Of a stretch of 64,000 nucleotides of DNA, positions 38,989 to 48,806 are shown piece after piece. Numbering within the stretch: the stretch's first letter is position 1; the number at the start of each line of letters is the position of its first letter. Under the pieces are notes generated by a model, which saw only the letters and a program-made list of their open reading frames with translations, was not told the DNA's origin and did no database searches. Source of the stretch: a virus; the IMG/VR virus record IMGVR_UViG_3300042464_000191, positions 7,624 to 71,623 of that record, one strand, 5' to 3'. A program made the translations under genes and the position numbers.

Positions 38989-41900
38989 TTAAATTGGGGC
39001 AGATGGACTGCCGGGTAATGATCCACTACTTAACTTTAATTTACCATCATTTCCAATGCTAGCATTTTGAAGCTTGTTGGACACCTCTGTGAGTACAGCC
39101 TGTTGAACGTCTTTGGTGAGCTTGGCTAGGAAATCTCCACCACTTAAATTTACATTAATATTGGTGGCATCTAATTTGATACTAAGATTAGTGTTAGCTA
39201 GTTTATCTATATTAGCCGATAGATCAACATTAAACTTATCTAATGTTGCCATTAATTTATTGACAATTTCTGGATCTATTCCACCGGAAGCCTGTATTGG
39301 AGTAGTTGTTCCTGCGGTCTGGTTGGTAAGAGTACCGCCACTTAGAGTTTGTTGACTAGCTCTTCCCGGCTGAGTTTGACTAACTTGCATGGCTTGTACA
39401 CCAGATTGATTGAGTAGTTCATTTGCTTTTTCTGGAGTTACTAGCGATGCTGGTGGTATATTACTCATCGGGGTTGCGACGGCTTCTGCCGTTGCCTTTG
39501 CTTGAGCTTCTTGCTGTGCGGCAGCTTCTGTTTGTGCTTGTTGTGCAGCCTTTTGTTGCTCAACATATTGCTTGTATTCTTGAGTATCTGTTCCAGCGCC
39601 ACTTAACATACTTGGCAACCAATCGTTGGCGGTTCTTTCTTGAATTCTTCTAGCCTCTAAATCTTTGAGTTCTTTTTGTGCTGTGGCAACACCAGTTTGA
39701 TCACCCTTGGCTTGTGCTGCGGCTAATTGATTTTCTCTCATGGCCTGCTCTTTGGCCCATGTTCTTTCTTGTACATTTAATCCAGTAGCATCTACTGTGG
39801 CAGCTTTCATCTTTTCTGTTTTTGCTGCGGCTTGTGATGCCGCCATAGCATCCTTAGTAAAGTCCTTCATTACATAGCCAGCTTCTACAAGTTTACCAAC
39901 TGGATCAACGAATCCTTCTAATGCGCCAGCGGCAGAATCGTAAGCAAATCCAGCAGTATCTCTTGTTTGCGCCCTTGCTAATCCAGCATCAGACTTGCCT
40001 TGCATTTTAGCATTATAAGCAGATGGATCATAGGCAAATTCTGCAAGATTAGTAACACCACTGATGGCGGTTCCAAGACCTAAACCTCCACCCTTTGTTA
40101 ATAAACTTCCAGCGAATTTACCAACACCACTTCCAGCAACCTTTGCTAAAGTTTGACCGCCAAGTAAACCCGCCCTACCAGCCAACGTTGAACCGGCAGT
40201 CTTGGCTGCTTGCTGACCAAACATTCCGCCAGCATTTGCTAAACCGCTGCGTCCTACATTGAAGCCTTTAAGTAAATTGCCACCTGCGGTTCCAGCGGCA
40301 CTTAATCCTCTTTGTGCCATAGGTAATGCTCTTAGTCCTAATCTTTGAGCTTGAATACCAACCGCTCTACCCTGAGTAGCTAAAGAGCCACCAAGTTTAC
40401 TTATTGCAGACGGAGCGCGTAATCCAAGTCTTTGAGCTTGAATACTAGCGGCTCTAACGCCGGTTCCAACTTTATTACCTAGTCTTTGTGCGCCAACTCC
40501 AGCTTTTTGTGCTAATGTAAATGCCTCATCTTCCATACCACTGCCAACAAGACCTCTACCAAAACCAAAGTCTTTTACTAAGTTAGATGCTCCAGAAACT
40601 AAACCTCGACCACCAACAGCGTTAATGCCTCTTTGTGCTAAACTAGATGCTCCAGAAGCTAATGGTGATAATCTATTACCAATTGCTCCAACTCTTTGAC
40701 CAAGAGCCATTGCTTTGCTACCGAATGTGGGTGCGGTTGTGCGAGACAGGCCAGTTCTAAAGTTTTGGAAACCTTGAACTCCCTTTTCAATTAAAGCGCC
40801 AGCTTTTCCAGCCCTAGTAGAAGGAGTTAATCCTTGTCTTTGTAAACTTCGTCCAGATTGTAAATAATTGTATTGCTGTGCTGTATTAGCTGGTAAATTC
40901 TGTGCAAAATTTTGAGCTTTAACACTAAATCTGCCAAGTCTAGCAGGAGCAGTTTCACCAGCCTGTGCTGCAAAGCCAGCTTGTTCTAAACCTCTACCTA
41001 TTCCAAAACTTGCGGCACCATTTCTTATGGCCGTTGTTGTATTTTGTACGCCGTATCCAAGTTTGCCAACCCTGCTTAATCCACCGCTACTCATTCCGAT
41101 CTTGGCAACGTCCATGCCAGCCCTAAATCTACCGGCGGCACCACCAACGGCATTAACGGCTGATGGTCCAACTGCATATCCTGTGGCTGCTAATCCGGTG
41201 CCTCTTCTTATTGATCCGAATATATCTCTATTAACCGGCTCTCCAGCCGCAGCTACAGTGGCAGCACTAACTCCACCGGCAACACCAGCAGCAACTCGAC
41301 CGCCAGTTCCACCGGTTCCACCAACTCCACCAGCACCTCCACCACCAGCTACGCGACCGGCTGTTCCAGCGGCGGCTGTAGCAGCGGCATTGGTTGTTGC
41401 AGCACCACCAGTACCGCCAGCACCGCCAGATGTTGCTGGAGTAGATGGACCGCCAAGCTTTAATGTTTCACCGCCAGCAAGCTTGATTTCTGCTTGTTCT
41501 ACATTAATCTTAGCTGTTCGAAGCTTCATGGCTGCTAAATCAGCTTGTACTTGACCAGCGTCAGCTAGCTCATTTGATAATCCACGAATATTAGCATTTA
41601 TTCTTTCTTCTTCAGCGGTTGTTCTGGCCGTTAATTGTGCGGCTCTTGGATCAGTTACACCTCTGGCTGCTAATGATGCTCCTGCGGCTCTTTCTGTTAA
41701 GCCGCCAGCGCCAGCAAGTCTTACGCCATAAAGTTCTTGTACTCCAGCCTCTTGTTGTCTTTGAATATCAGTATAAGCAGCACCAAGAGCTTTGGCACCG
41801 AATTGATTCATTAATGTTTCATTACCAGTAGCGATAGCGGCAGTAGCACCAACTGCGGCTTGTTGTTCAAAGAATTTGTCAACATCGCCAGCTATAAGAG

Positions 41901-44900
41901 CGTCTAACGAATCTTTTTCAAGTTTATTCTTTTCTTGAATAAGCTTTAATTCGTCTTCTTGTATCTTGATCAACTCTCTGATGGTGCTGATCTGGTCTTT
42001 ACTTGCTTTTTCTAGATCAGCTTGAATAGCATCATCTACAACGCCCTGTGTACCAGCCATTCCTCCTTCAACGGTTCTTTTTCCTTCTATTCCAGCGAAT
42101 TGTTGTCGTATCTCGTCATTTCTGCGTCTTAATTGATCTACACCGCCACCTTGTAGGTTAGAAAGTCTCATTCTTTCTGCACCAGCGTTAGCCCTAGCAA
42201 TAACGTTAGCTTGACGTTCAGCATTTGTAACAGCTTTACCGCCATATTTACCTTGAAGTTCTCTAGCTTCCATTTGGATGGATAGAGCTTCTTTTTGGGC
42301 TTCAATGTAGTTGCGTTCAGCTTCTATTCTACGCTTAGTAAGTTCGATTAATTGTTGATGTATCTTAGCATAATTATCAACAATCTCTTGCATTACTTTA
42401 CTAGCTTCTTGACTTACACCCTCTAGAGTTTCTCCAAGTTTATCATAATCTCCTCTATCTATGGCATCAATAATATCTTGATCAATTGCTCCCATTGAAT
42501 CAAGAATTCTGTTACGCACATCTTCACCAACTCCGCTAGCGTCTAATTGGGCGGCAACCTCTTTTTTAAATACATCAGCAATACTATTGGCTTCCATTCC
42601 CCTTAAATCTTGAGACTGAAGGTTACGCTTAATATTCTCAAATATGGTTGGGAAGTTACGTTGTACAGTTGCGGCAGCACCAATGTTTTCTCTAAACTTA
42701 GTGATCTCGGCTTCGGATGCTCCAAATTGTTTGAAGACACCGCTTACTTCATCTAATGCTGAATTAACTTCGTTTTCACTAATCGCTTGACCGGCCTTAG
42801 TAAGTGATGCCTCTAATGTTGCTACTGCTTGTTGTGCAGGAACAGCCCCAACTTCAAGATTCGCTACGAAATTATTTAGCCTTAAAGCAGCAGCTTCTGA
42901 AGTAGCACTAACGGTTCTAAATCCAAGATTAATAGCAGCAAATCTCTTTCTTGCAAGTTCTATCTCAGTAGATAGATTCTTAAAGCTTTGTTCTAAGAAA
43001 TTTATTTCATCATCTATTTGTGCTATATCTAAACCAATAGTTTCGGCCTGTTGCTTATTGCCAGATTTTTCAGCGGCTGCTTGTTGTGCCTTAAGATTGT
43101 CTCTTTGCTGTTTAAGCTCTGTAGGAGTTAATATTTGTCTAGATCCATCTGGACCTCTAGTAGCGTTACTAATAGTAGTGTATACATCCGATTCTGATCT
43201 ACCGCGATAAATGTTCTCACGCATAGCTTGAGAAATATTACCTCTCATAGATTCAAGATTTTGATTTCTAAATGCTCGCCTCTGCTTGGATGTATCCGCT
43301 ATTTCTCTATCAATACGCTCATTTCTACCAGCACCAGACTCAACGCCCAATAATCCAGCTATACCTAAAGTACCAACTCGTAATGCCCCTCTACCAAAAC
43401 CGCTGAGAGTACCACTCCTACTATTTTCTTGTGCAGCAATAGCTCTATCATATGCGGCAGATTGTGCAGCCATTTGGGCTGCTCCAGATGCAGCTAATCT
43501 CTTTAATGCTTCTGTAGCAGAAATAGATCCAGTTTCTAGATCTTTCATAATTTGAGCAGAATCTTTTGTTCTCTGCTCAAAGGCTTTGGTGGTCTTAGAT
43601 GCATTTGCTTGGGCGTCAGCTAATGCTATGGCTGATGCCCTGTTTCTACCTCCAAATAGTTCGCTTACGGCATCAGTAAGATAACTGGCGATTGGTAAAT
43701 TAGCAAACACTCTACCTACACCAGCACCAATTGCGGCACCTATTGGGCCACCAACTATTAATCCAATAATTGCTCCAGCGGAAGTACCAACATTAGCACC
43801 CTCAAGATTGGTTTGACCACGGGCAGCTTTTCTAGCACCCTCAACGTCTCCAAGTTCAATAGCTTTATTTAGTTTTGCTGTTTGGTCGAATAGTGCTTTG
43901 AATATTGTATTGATAGAATAAACAGCTAATGTAACACCAGCTAATGAACCAGCAAATTTAGCCAATCCTCTGGTTACTGTAGCGATTTCTGGTCCAAATT
44001 TAGCTAATCCGGGTATTTGTTCAGCACCTAATCTCGCATAAGTGCCAGCACGATTAGCAAACTTACCACCTTTACCAGATAATAAGTCAAAAATACTACT
44101 TAAATTTTGTTTATCAAGTTGTATTTTAAAAGCTTCTAAAGCAAACCCAACGCTAGCTAATGTTGTTGTAAGACCTAGCATACCGTGAGTGAGTTTTAAT
44201 ATTACGCCAGAGCTTTCGTCTACTGCTGGTAAAAATCCTTGTGCTAAACTCGATATAGTTGATGCAGCAAAGAATTTATTACTATTTATAACCTCACCAA
44301 TGCTACGTCTTTGATCGTCTTGAGCGTCACTAATTCTATCTGTTGTATCAACAAATCTTGCTACAGATTGAGTAGCGGCTGTCATATTTGGTAATGAGCC
44401 GGGAGCGCCCATTGGTAAAGTAGCTCCACCGGCTGCAAATTTTTGAACACCAACAACTCCACCCTTTGCATATTTGCCAACCTTGTTCATGCGGTGTAAT
44501 GAACTATATCCGATCTTTTGGGCAGAAGCACGATTAATAACAAACTCACCGGGAGTTAATAATGCTGGAACAGTATCAGTACCAACATTTCCACCAGTAG
44601 CAAATCTAGCAACTCTAGTCGATCTTGGACCCTTGGTTCGTAAAGCGTCCATCGCTGGTTGCTTGCTGCCACCCTGAGTAAAGATCATATTAGCAAGTGG
44701 AATGCCAAATAATTGACTTAGATATTCTGCAACTCCCGGCACTCTTTGAGACTTACTAAGAATAGATAATTTTCCGGGTTGTAATTGTCCAGACTTAATT
44801 GCTGCTTGTAGTTCTTTTCCGAATGCTGTTAAAGGTGCTGATGTAACATCTTTTAATCTAGCCTGTGGATCGCGGAAATATTTTTCTAATGCAGCTGATT

Positions 44901-47499
44901 GTTGACCAGATGTTTTAGCCATACCATAAGCTTTATCGCCAATTGTACGCTTGATAGTTCTGTCGATGTCGATAGCTCCACCGCCAGCACGGATTAAACT
45001 AGCAATAGCAGAACTTGGACGAGGCATCATGGTGCCACTGGCATTTACAATATCGTCAATTAGTGGGGCTTTTGCGATACCGCCAGATGCTAATCTCATA
45101 ACCCCATCTAAATTATTTTTTTGTATATCTTGACGTAGTTTATCGATTATACTCTTATTAGTTTTAGAGGTTTTGCTTCTTTTGGCATCCGCTTTAATTA
45201 AAGGGGTTAGTGAAGAAATATCTGTTGTAAACATTGCAGCTAATTTAGCTTTATTATTAGCTACATTGGGAAAATCAAAACTTTCTCTGCCTCCAAGCAG
45301 TTTGGAACCAGTAATACCCTGTATGATACCTTCAAATAAATATCCACCAACAGTAGAATATACTTGTTTATCTTGAGCAATTGCGTTTGCCGCATCATTC
45401 AATGTATTTTCATCAAAATTTATTTGAGGCATGTCTAAGAAGGCATTTACTTTTGGTAAAGCTTTCTTGACTCCCAATCTTAATCCTCCACGGGCAGAAG
45501 AATCTATTATCTTATTGAGTGCAGCATTTTTCTTAATATCTGTTCTATATGGAACAAAGTTTGAGATTGTTGATCCGGGTGCTATTGCTGCTTTTTGACC
45601 ATTTAAATCAAATGGATACGGGGCTGATAATACATAAGGAGAATCTGTGCCGCTCTCTGGTGTTAAAAAGAATCCACCGATTGCTCCCGGTATTGTTCTA
45701 AATACGCCACCGGGATATTTAGACTTTAGGGCATCATCTGTTGGAATTTTTGAAGATTTTCTTTTTCTGGTTTTTGATCTTTCTTTAGAGGCATTTGCAG
45801 ATGCCGCTGTGCCTAAAACTTGATCGATTGCTTCCTTACCATAACCTTTAGATAATTGCTGTCTACTGAGTTTACCAGAAGCAATGGCTTCTTCTAAAGT
45901 CATATTCGCTGTAGCTTTAGTCATACCGCGAGGTGGTAAAGATCCATATAGATGCTTAGACTGTTTAACTACACCACCAGCTTCGTACTTATTTTCATTC
46001 ATAGCAGCAAGATTACCAGCACCTAATCTCTTGACGCTACTCTTTCTGATAACAAATTCTCCCGGCTGTAACATTGCTGGTACAGTGTCTCTATTTCCAG
46101 AACCGGGAACCATTCCACCTCTAGCAAATTTATGAACTTTGCCGCCTTGGTTGAAAGTGCGACTAGACTGTAAACCGCCAGCAACGCTACCAACGAATGT
46201 TCCAAAACCTCTAGCGATTTTAAGGGCTGCTAGAGAAGCTAATAATGGAAGCAATGGCTTGATTGCTTCAGAGATTTTCAACAAAGCAGAAGCAAGAGAT
46301 AAGGCAGTATTTGCCATAACTTGGAACGTAGAGGTTTCAGTTATACCTCTAACTAAAGCTAAGAATTCTTCTTTGACCTTAATAATTCTAATAGCTAACG
46401 CTTGCTGTGCTGTTGCAGCATCTTGGGCCAAAGAGTTGCCAGCCTTTGTTGCAACATTGAGGGCGGCTTGTGCGGTAGAAAATTGCTGTAGCAATGGTAA
46501 TACTTTACCAATCTGTCGGAATCCACCAAGTTCTTCAGCAATTCTAATGAATGTGATATCGCCTTCACCAAGTCCAGACAAAGCTGCACTTAATCTTCTA
46601 ACAGCTTCGAACGGTCCAACGAATTTACCTTCAAGATCAACAAGTTCAACGCCGAACTGTTTCAAATATTCAATAGTCTTTGGTCGTTGAATACGAGTAA
46701 AGATAGTTCGTAAACCAGTACCAATACTTTCAGCACTTTCACGGGTTGTGGCTCTTACTGATGTAAATAAAGCAAGTAGTTCATTTAAACTACCGCCAGA
46801 AGATTTGAACACACCGCCAGTTCTACGAATAACGTCGATTAAGTCGCCAGCTTCTACGGCAAACGCGCCAGCAACAGCATTAATAGATCCTAACTGACCC
46901 TCTAATGCTCCAACTCCTTTTTGGAATTGTGCTAAAATAGCAATGGCACCTTCAGCAGTTTCGGTAATGCTGTCGAAGTTAGGAGCAAGAGCCGCTTTTG
47001 CTAAAGACTTAAGAGCAACCTCTGTATCTTTAGCAGAAAGACCAGCCTGTAATAATACAGTAGAAACTTCTAATAATGAACCGGATGAAACACCAAGGCC
47101 GGTTGCTAATCCCGTGATTGTTTTAGTCAATCCACGCAATTTAACTAAACTATCACCAGTTACCTGAGAAACTTTAACCATCTGTCGTTCAAAATCAATA
47201 GCTGTTTGAACGGCATCGCTTAAAGTACTAGTGAATAATCCTACTGCTCTGGTAGCAATAGAGAATGCAGCAAAGCGACGAACGGATACAGCAAAAGCTT
47301 TACCCATCCTCTCGGCTGCACTGGCAGCTTGATTGGTTTGGGCGGCTATTTGCTGTATCTGTCGTTGAGCTTGTGGAGCGCCTTGAACTTGCACATTTAC
47401 ACTAACCCCATTCAGTTGACTCTGAATTTGGCTAACTACTTGTGCTACATTCGTTGGTGCTTGTAATTGTAGTTGTGCTGTCAGTACAAATCTTGACAT
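38989..47499 (-). CDS. Tape measure protein (2836 aa) with internal cargo domains
   Basis: AIDFERQMVKVSQVTG, TRESAESIGTGLRTIF tape-measure core; two DTVPA(M/L)LxPGEFVI motifs; long helical and Gly/Ala-rich regions. Confidence 0.92.
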   Translation of the reverse strand: MSRFVLTAQLQLQAPTNVAQVVSQIQSQLNGVSVNVQVQGAPQAQRQIQQIAAQTNQAASAAERMGKAFAVSVRRFAAFSIATRAVGLFTSTLSDAVQTAIDFERQMVKVSQVTGDSLVKLRGLTKTITGLATGLGVSSGSLLEVSTVLLQAGLSAKDTEVALKSLAKAALAPNFDSITETAEGAIAILAQFQKGVGALEGQLGSINAVAGAFAVEAGDLIDVIRRTGGVFKSSGGSLNELLALFTSVRATTRESAESIGTGLRTIFTRIQRPKTIEYLKQFGVELVDLEGKFVGPFEAVRRLSAALSGLGEGDITFIRIAEELGGFRQIGKVLPLLQQFSTAQAALNVATKAGNSLAQDAATAQQALAIRIIKVKEEFLALVRGITETSTFQVMANTALSLASALLKISEAIKPLLPLLASLAALKIARGFGTFVGSVAGGLQSSRTFNQGGKVHKFARGGMVPGSGNRDTVPAMLQPGEFVIRKSSVKRLGAGNLAAMNENKYEAGGVVKQSKHLYGSLPPRGMTKATANMTLEEAIASGKLSRQQLSKGYGKEAIDQVLGTAASANASKERSKTRKRKSSKIPTDDALKSKYPGGVFRTIPGAIGGFFLTPESGTDSPYVLSAPYPFDLNGQKAAIAPGSTISNFVPYRTDIKKNAALNKIIDSSARGGLRLGVKKALPKVNAFLDMPQINFDENTLNDAANAIAQDKQVYSTVGGYLFEGIIQGITGSKLLGGRESFDFPNVANNKAKLAAMFTTDISSLTPLIKADAKRSKTSKTNKSIIDKLRQDIQKNNLDGVMRLASGGIAKAPLIDDIVNASGTMMPRPSSAIASLIRAGGGAIDIDRTIKRTIGDKAYGMAKTSGQQSAALEKYFRDPQARLKDVTSAPLTAFGKELQAAIKSGQLQPGKLSILSKSQRVPGVAEYLSQLFGIPLANMIFTQGGSKQPAMDALRTKGPRSTRVARFATGGNVGTDTVPALLTPGEFVINRASAQKIGYSSLHRMNKVGKYAKGGVVGVQKFAAGGATLPMGAPGSLPNMTAATQSVARFVDTTDRISDAQDDQRRSIGEVINSNKFFAASTISSLAQGFLPAVDESSGVILKLTHGMLGLTTTLASVGFALEAFKIQLDKQNLSSIFDLLSGKGGKFANRAGTYARLGAEQIPGLAKFGPEIATVTRGLAKFAGSLAGVTLAVYSINTIFKALFDQTAKLNKAIELGDVEGARKAARGQTNLEGANVGTSAGAIIGLIVGGPIGAAIGAGVGRVFANLPIASYLTDAVSELFGGRNRASAIALADAQANASKTTKAFEQRTKDSAQIMKDLETGSISATEALKRLAASGAAQMAAQSAAYDRAIAAQENSRSGTLSGFGRGALRVGTLGIAGLLGVESGAGRNERIDREIADTSKQRRAFRNQNLESMRGNISQAMRENIYRGRSESDVYTTISNATRGPDGSRQILTPTELKQQRDNLKAQQAAAEKSGNKQQAETIGLDIAQIDDEINFLEQSFKNLSTEIELARKRFAAINLGFRTVSATSEAAALRLNNFVANLEVGAVPAQQAVATLEASLTKAGQAISENEVNSALDEVSGVFKQFGASEAEITKFRENIGAAATVQRNFPTIFENIKRNLQSQDLRGMEANSIADVFKKEVAAQLDASGVGEDVRNRILDSMGAIDQDIIDAIDRGDYDKLGETLEGVSQEASKVMQEIVDNYAKIHQQLIELTKRRIEAERNYIEAQKEALSIQMEARELQGKYGGKAVTNAERQANVIARANAGAERMRLSNLQGGGVDQLRRRNDEIRQQFAGIEGKRTVEGGMAGTQGVVDDAIQADLEKASKDQISTIRELIKIQEDELKLIQEKNKLEKDSLDALIAGDVDKFFEQQAAVGATAAIATGNETLMNQFGAKALGAAYTDIQRQQEAGVQELYGVRLAGAGGLTERAAGASLAARGVTDPRAAQLTARTTAEEERINANIRGLSNELADAGQVQADLAAMKLRTAKINVEQAEIKLAGGETLKLGGPSTPATSGGAGGTGGAATTNAAATAAAGTAGRVAGGGGAGGVGGTGGTGGRVAAGVAGGVSAATVAAAGEPVNRDIFGSIRRGTGLAATGYAVGPSAVNAVGGAAGRFRAGMDVAKIGMSSGGLSRVGKLGYGVQNTTTAIRNGAASFGIGRGLEQAGFAAQAGETAPARLGRFSVKAQNFAQNLPANTAQQYNYLQSGRSLQRQGLTPSTRAGKAGALIEKGVQGFQNFRTGLSRTTAPTFGSKAMALGQRVGAIGNRLSPLASGASSLAQRGINAVGGRGLVSGASNLVKDFGFGRGLVGSGMEDEAFTLAQKAGVGAQRLGNKVGTGVRAASIQAQRLGLRAPSAISKLGGSLATQGRAVGIQAQRLGLRALPMAQRGLSAAGTAGGNLLKGFNVGRSGLANAGGMFGQQAAKTAGSTLAGRAGLLGGQTLAKVAGSGVGKFAGSLLTKGGGLGLGTAISGVTNLAEFAYDPSAYNAKMQGKSDAGLARAQTRDTAGFAYDSAAGALEGFVDPVGKLVEAGYVMKDFTKDAMAASQAAAKTEKMKAATVDATGLNVQERTWAKEQAMRENQLAAAQAKGDQTGVATAQKELKDLEARRIQERTANDWLPSMLSGAGTDTQEYKQYVEQQKAAQQAQTEAAAQQEAQAKATAEAVATPMSNIPPASLVTPEKANELLNQSGVQAMQVSQTQPGRASQQTLSGGTLTNQTAGTTTPIQASGGIDPEIVNKLMATLDKFNVDLSANIDKLANTNLSIKLDATNINVNLSGGDFLAKLTKDVQQAVLTEVSNKLQNASIGNDGKLKLSSGSLPGSPSAPI

Positions 47500-47541
47500 A
47501 TTCTAAGATGACCTTTACTGATTATGCACAACACTATCTAA

Positions 47542-48444
47542 TCAACTTTCCGTTGCTGCCTTGGGTTTTTTGGTACGCCTTGGTTCTTCCGATTCTTTAG
47601 CTTCTTCAGTTGATTCATCTGGCTTTAATTCGTTATCCTTATCGTCCATGTAAGTAACGGTAGGAATATAATTGCCAAATTCATCTAGAATATTGCCATC
47701 TTTATCTACTCTCTTGCCTTCGCTATTGATGTAATAACCATTCTTATCTATACGTCTGCCGTCTAGATCTACAGTTTCCCCTTTATCGTTTACTAAACTG
47801 AGGTTATCATCAACAAAGTGGAACATTTTAAGGAACTTATTCTCTGGTAACTTTGCTTCAAAGTCCTTATCCACAGAATAAAGCATAGATGCCAAAGCAG
47901 TAGCAGCAGTAAAACCTATCTCGCTATCTGCCTTTTCCTTATATTCGTCCAAATTAGTATACACTTTCTGACCATTTTCATAAAATGTGCAGCTTGATAC
48001 TAGGAAGTCAAATCTGGCATTATCAGATATAGATTCTGCTGTATTTTGCTCTAAACTCATTCTTTCAGCAATAAGATCCCTGAGTTCATTTCTCTTAATT
48101 CTCATATCCACGGCGATCTTTTTGCCTTCGGAAGCCCTCATTTTACCATCTTTGTGAGTTCCGCTAACGTATAGCTTCTTTTCCAAAGAACTAATATCTT
48201 CTACTATCTTCTTTTGCTCTGCGTCCTTACCATCATCCCAGATACCATGCTCTTTCATGAACTTTTCTAGTTCTTTTTTGGTCATGATACCGTCACGAAC
48301 GCAATCTGTCCAAGCCTTTGCCCCAACTCGCTGTGCCTGTGACATAATAACGTTATTTGGACGCTTGATTACAAGCGTAACCTTTTCTTCTCTATCACCA
48401 TTCTTAACGGTAACTTCTACTTTCTTTTCCTTATCCTGTGACAT
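47542..48444 (-). CDS. Putative tail assembly chaperone
   Basis: Immediately upstream of the tape measure gene; helical/charged; C-terminal DxxGxx(V/I) repeats. Confidence 0.55.
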   Translation of the reverse strand: MSQDKEKKVEVTVKNGDREEKVTLVIKRPNNVIMSQAQRVGAKAWTDCVRDGIMTKKELEKFMKEHGIWDDGKDAEQKKIVEDISSLEKKLYVSGTHKDGKMRASEGKKIAVDMRIKRNELRDLIAERMSLEQNTAESISDNARFDFLVSSCTFYENGQKVYTNLDEYKEKADSEIGFTAATALASMLYSVDKDFEAKLPENKFLKMFHFVDDNLSLVNDKGETVDLDGRRIDKNGYYINSEGKRVDKDGNILDEFGNYIPTVTYMDDKDNELKPDESTEEAKESEEPRRTKKPKAATES

Positions 48445-48454
48445 AGGTTCCTCC

Positions 48455-48805
48455 TTAGTTCTGTGGTTTTTGAATCACGGGCATCTTTATAGAATATCTA
48501 AGCCATTCTACTTCGTATTGAGCCAACTCAGCATCAATGTTTCTAGCTTGATTGTTTCCCTTATCTAATATATCTGATCTAATTTTATTATAGATCTCTT
48601 TCATCTGCTCTTGTTCTTTTGTCAAATTTCCGCTAGGATTATTCCACAAAAAACCAAGATTTTCTTCAATAGTGCTTAAAGCACCTATCATAGTAGTCTG
48701 TATTTTCTTTTTAAGAATCTTTGAGAGTCTATCTTTGGAGTCTGCTTTATATTTTGACTCCCTCATTTTTTTGTATTCTGAATGCTGCTGCCTAATTTCA
48801 TCCAT
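48455..48805 (-). CDS. Hypothetical helical protein in the tail chaperone region
   Basis: 116-aa ORF with GAGGAGG RBS. Confidence 0.65.
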   Translation of the reverse strand: MDEIRQQHSEYKKMRESKYKADSKDRLSKILKKKIQTTMIGALSTIEENLGFLWNNPSGNLTKEQEQMKEIYNKIRSDILDKGNNQARNIDAELAQYEVEWLRYSIKMPVIQKPQN

Positions 48806-48806
48806 A

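Noticed and set aside
39113-47167. Plus-strand ORFs such as 41027..41554 and 46139..46690
   Set aside because: Antisense shadows of the Gly/Ala-rich tape measure gene, with no RBS or recognisable domains; the same applies to most short opposite-strand ORFs in the track
47958-47968. Intragenic GTGTATA copies (also ~27812) as promoters
   Set aside because: They lack the TTT(C/A) prefix and lie inside coding sequence; a 7-mer is expected by chance in AT-rich DNA
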